From: Eledone cirrhosa
Lineage: Eukaryota
Direction: 5' to 3'
DNA length: 64,000 nt
NCBI GenBank assembly: GCA_964016885.1
Contig: OZ024752.1
Location: 28,520,001 to 28,584,000 of the forward strand
The notes under the pieces were generated by a model. It had not been told where the DNA came from, made no database searches, and worked only from the letters and a program-made list of their open reading frames with translations. The translations under genes and the position numbers were made by a program. This document shows positions 63,441-64,000 of this stretch, piece after piece; position 1 is the stretch's first letter; each line of letters begins with the position of its first letter.

Positions 63441-64000
63441 CCACCTCTTCCGACCACCGCTTCATGGATTACCCACACGCAGAAATTGACTTATAACCAA
63501 TCCTTCAAACATCCTTGGAACTTACCAACTTTTCAACCATCCTCTTACGTCATCACCTATATAACTCACCCACACACACACCCCCCAAAAAAATTTTTCT
63601 CCACACGCCACCCACACCCACAACACGCTTAAACCTCACACACACGTGCTTCCCACCACATATTTACACCCTCAGCCTCCTGATTCCTCTCCCCCCACCC
63701 CCCTATCTACACACGCACAGACACTCCGACCCACAAAAACACCCCCCCCACACACACCTCTTCCTGAACATGCAACCCCGTTCTTCCCCCAACCCTTACT
63801 TTCACATACACACACACACACACACACACACGCACACCTACACACACACACCACCTTCAGCCCTCCCCGCTCGGACACCCCGTCTCCCTCTCCCCACTCC
63901 ACCCGCCACCACGCCTACTCACCCCACACCCTTCCACCACCTGTTTACCCCCCTTTTAATTTCAGTTTATTTTGATCATGCCTTTATTTTTAAATTTTCT

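Noticed and set aside
63440-64000. Pro/Thr/His-rich ORF 63646-63975
   Set aside because: C/A-rich low-complexity sequence with a GTG start and no support.

Overview
AT-rich, microsatellite-laden eukaryotic DNA, most likely an Octopus genome (inferred from the S-crystallin gene and the SINE families). One complete host gene is supported: a six-exon, 215-aa S-crystallin (sigma-class GST-derived lens protein) at 29127-40934 (+). A divergent orphan S-crystallin/GST-like first exon with its own TATA box lies 22 kb upstream (7157-7328) and is splice-phase compatible with exon 2 of that gene. The rest is mobile DNA: about 20 tRNA-derived SINEs, RTE-, I/R1- and CRE-clade LINE fragments, mariner and piggyBac MITEs, a non-autonomous Helitron, and a young Penelope-like element (PLE; RT plus GIY-YIG, Naiad-like) with ~1.96-kb inverted arms (57743-62696). 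The most striking signal is not in the ORF track. At least 11 sequence-distinct short element families each carry a type I hammerhead ribozyme fold, and nearly all end in (TA)n. They occur as asymmetric fold-backs, tail-to-tail pairs or ~440-490-bp tandem retrozyme-like units. The folds include a U3-A8 compensated core, CCGANGA cores and recurrent U.U at the base of helix II. Three families share a structured 3' extension. All RNA folds were paired by eye and none was computed or tested. Nearly all short ORFs in the track are microsatellite artefacts.
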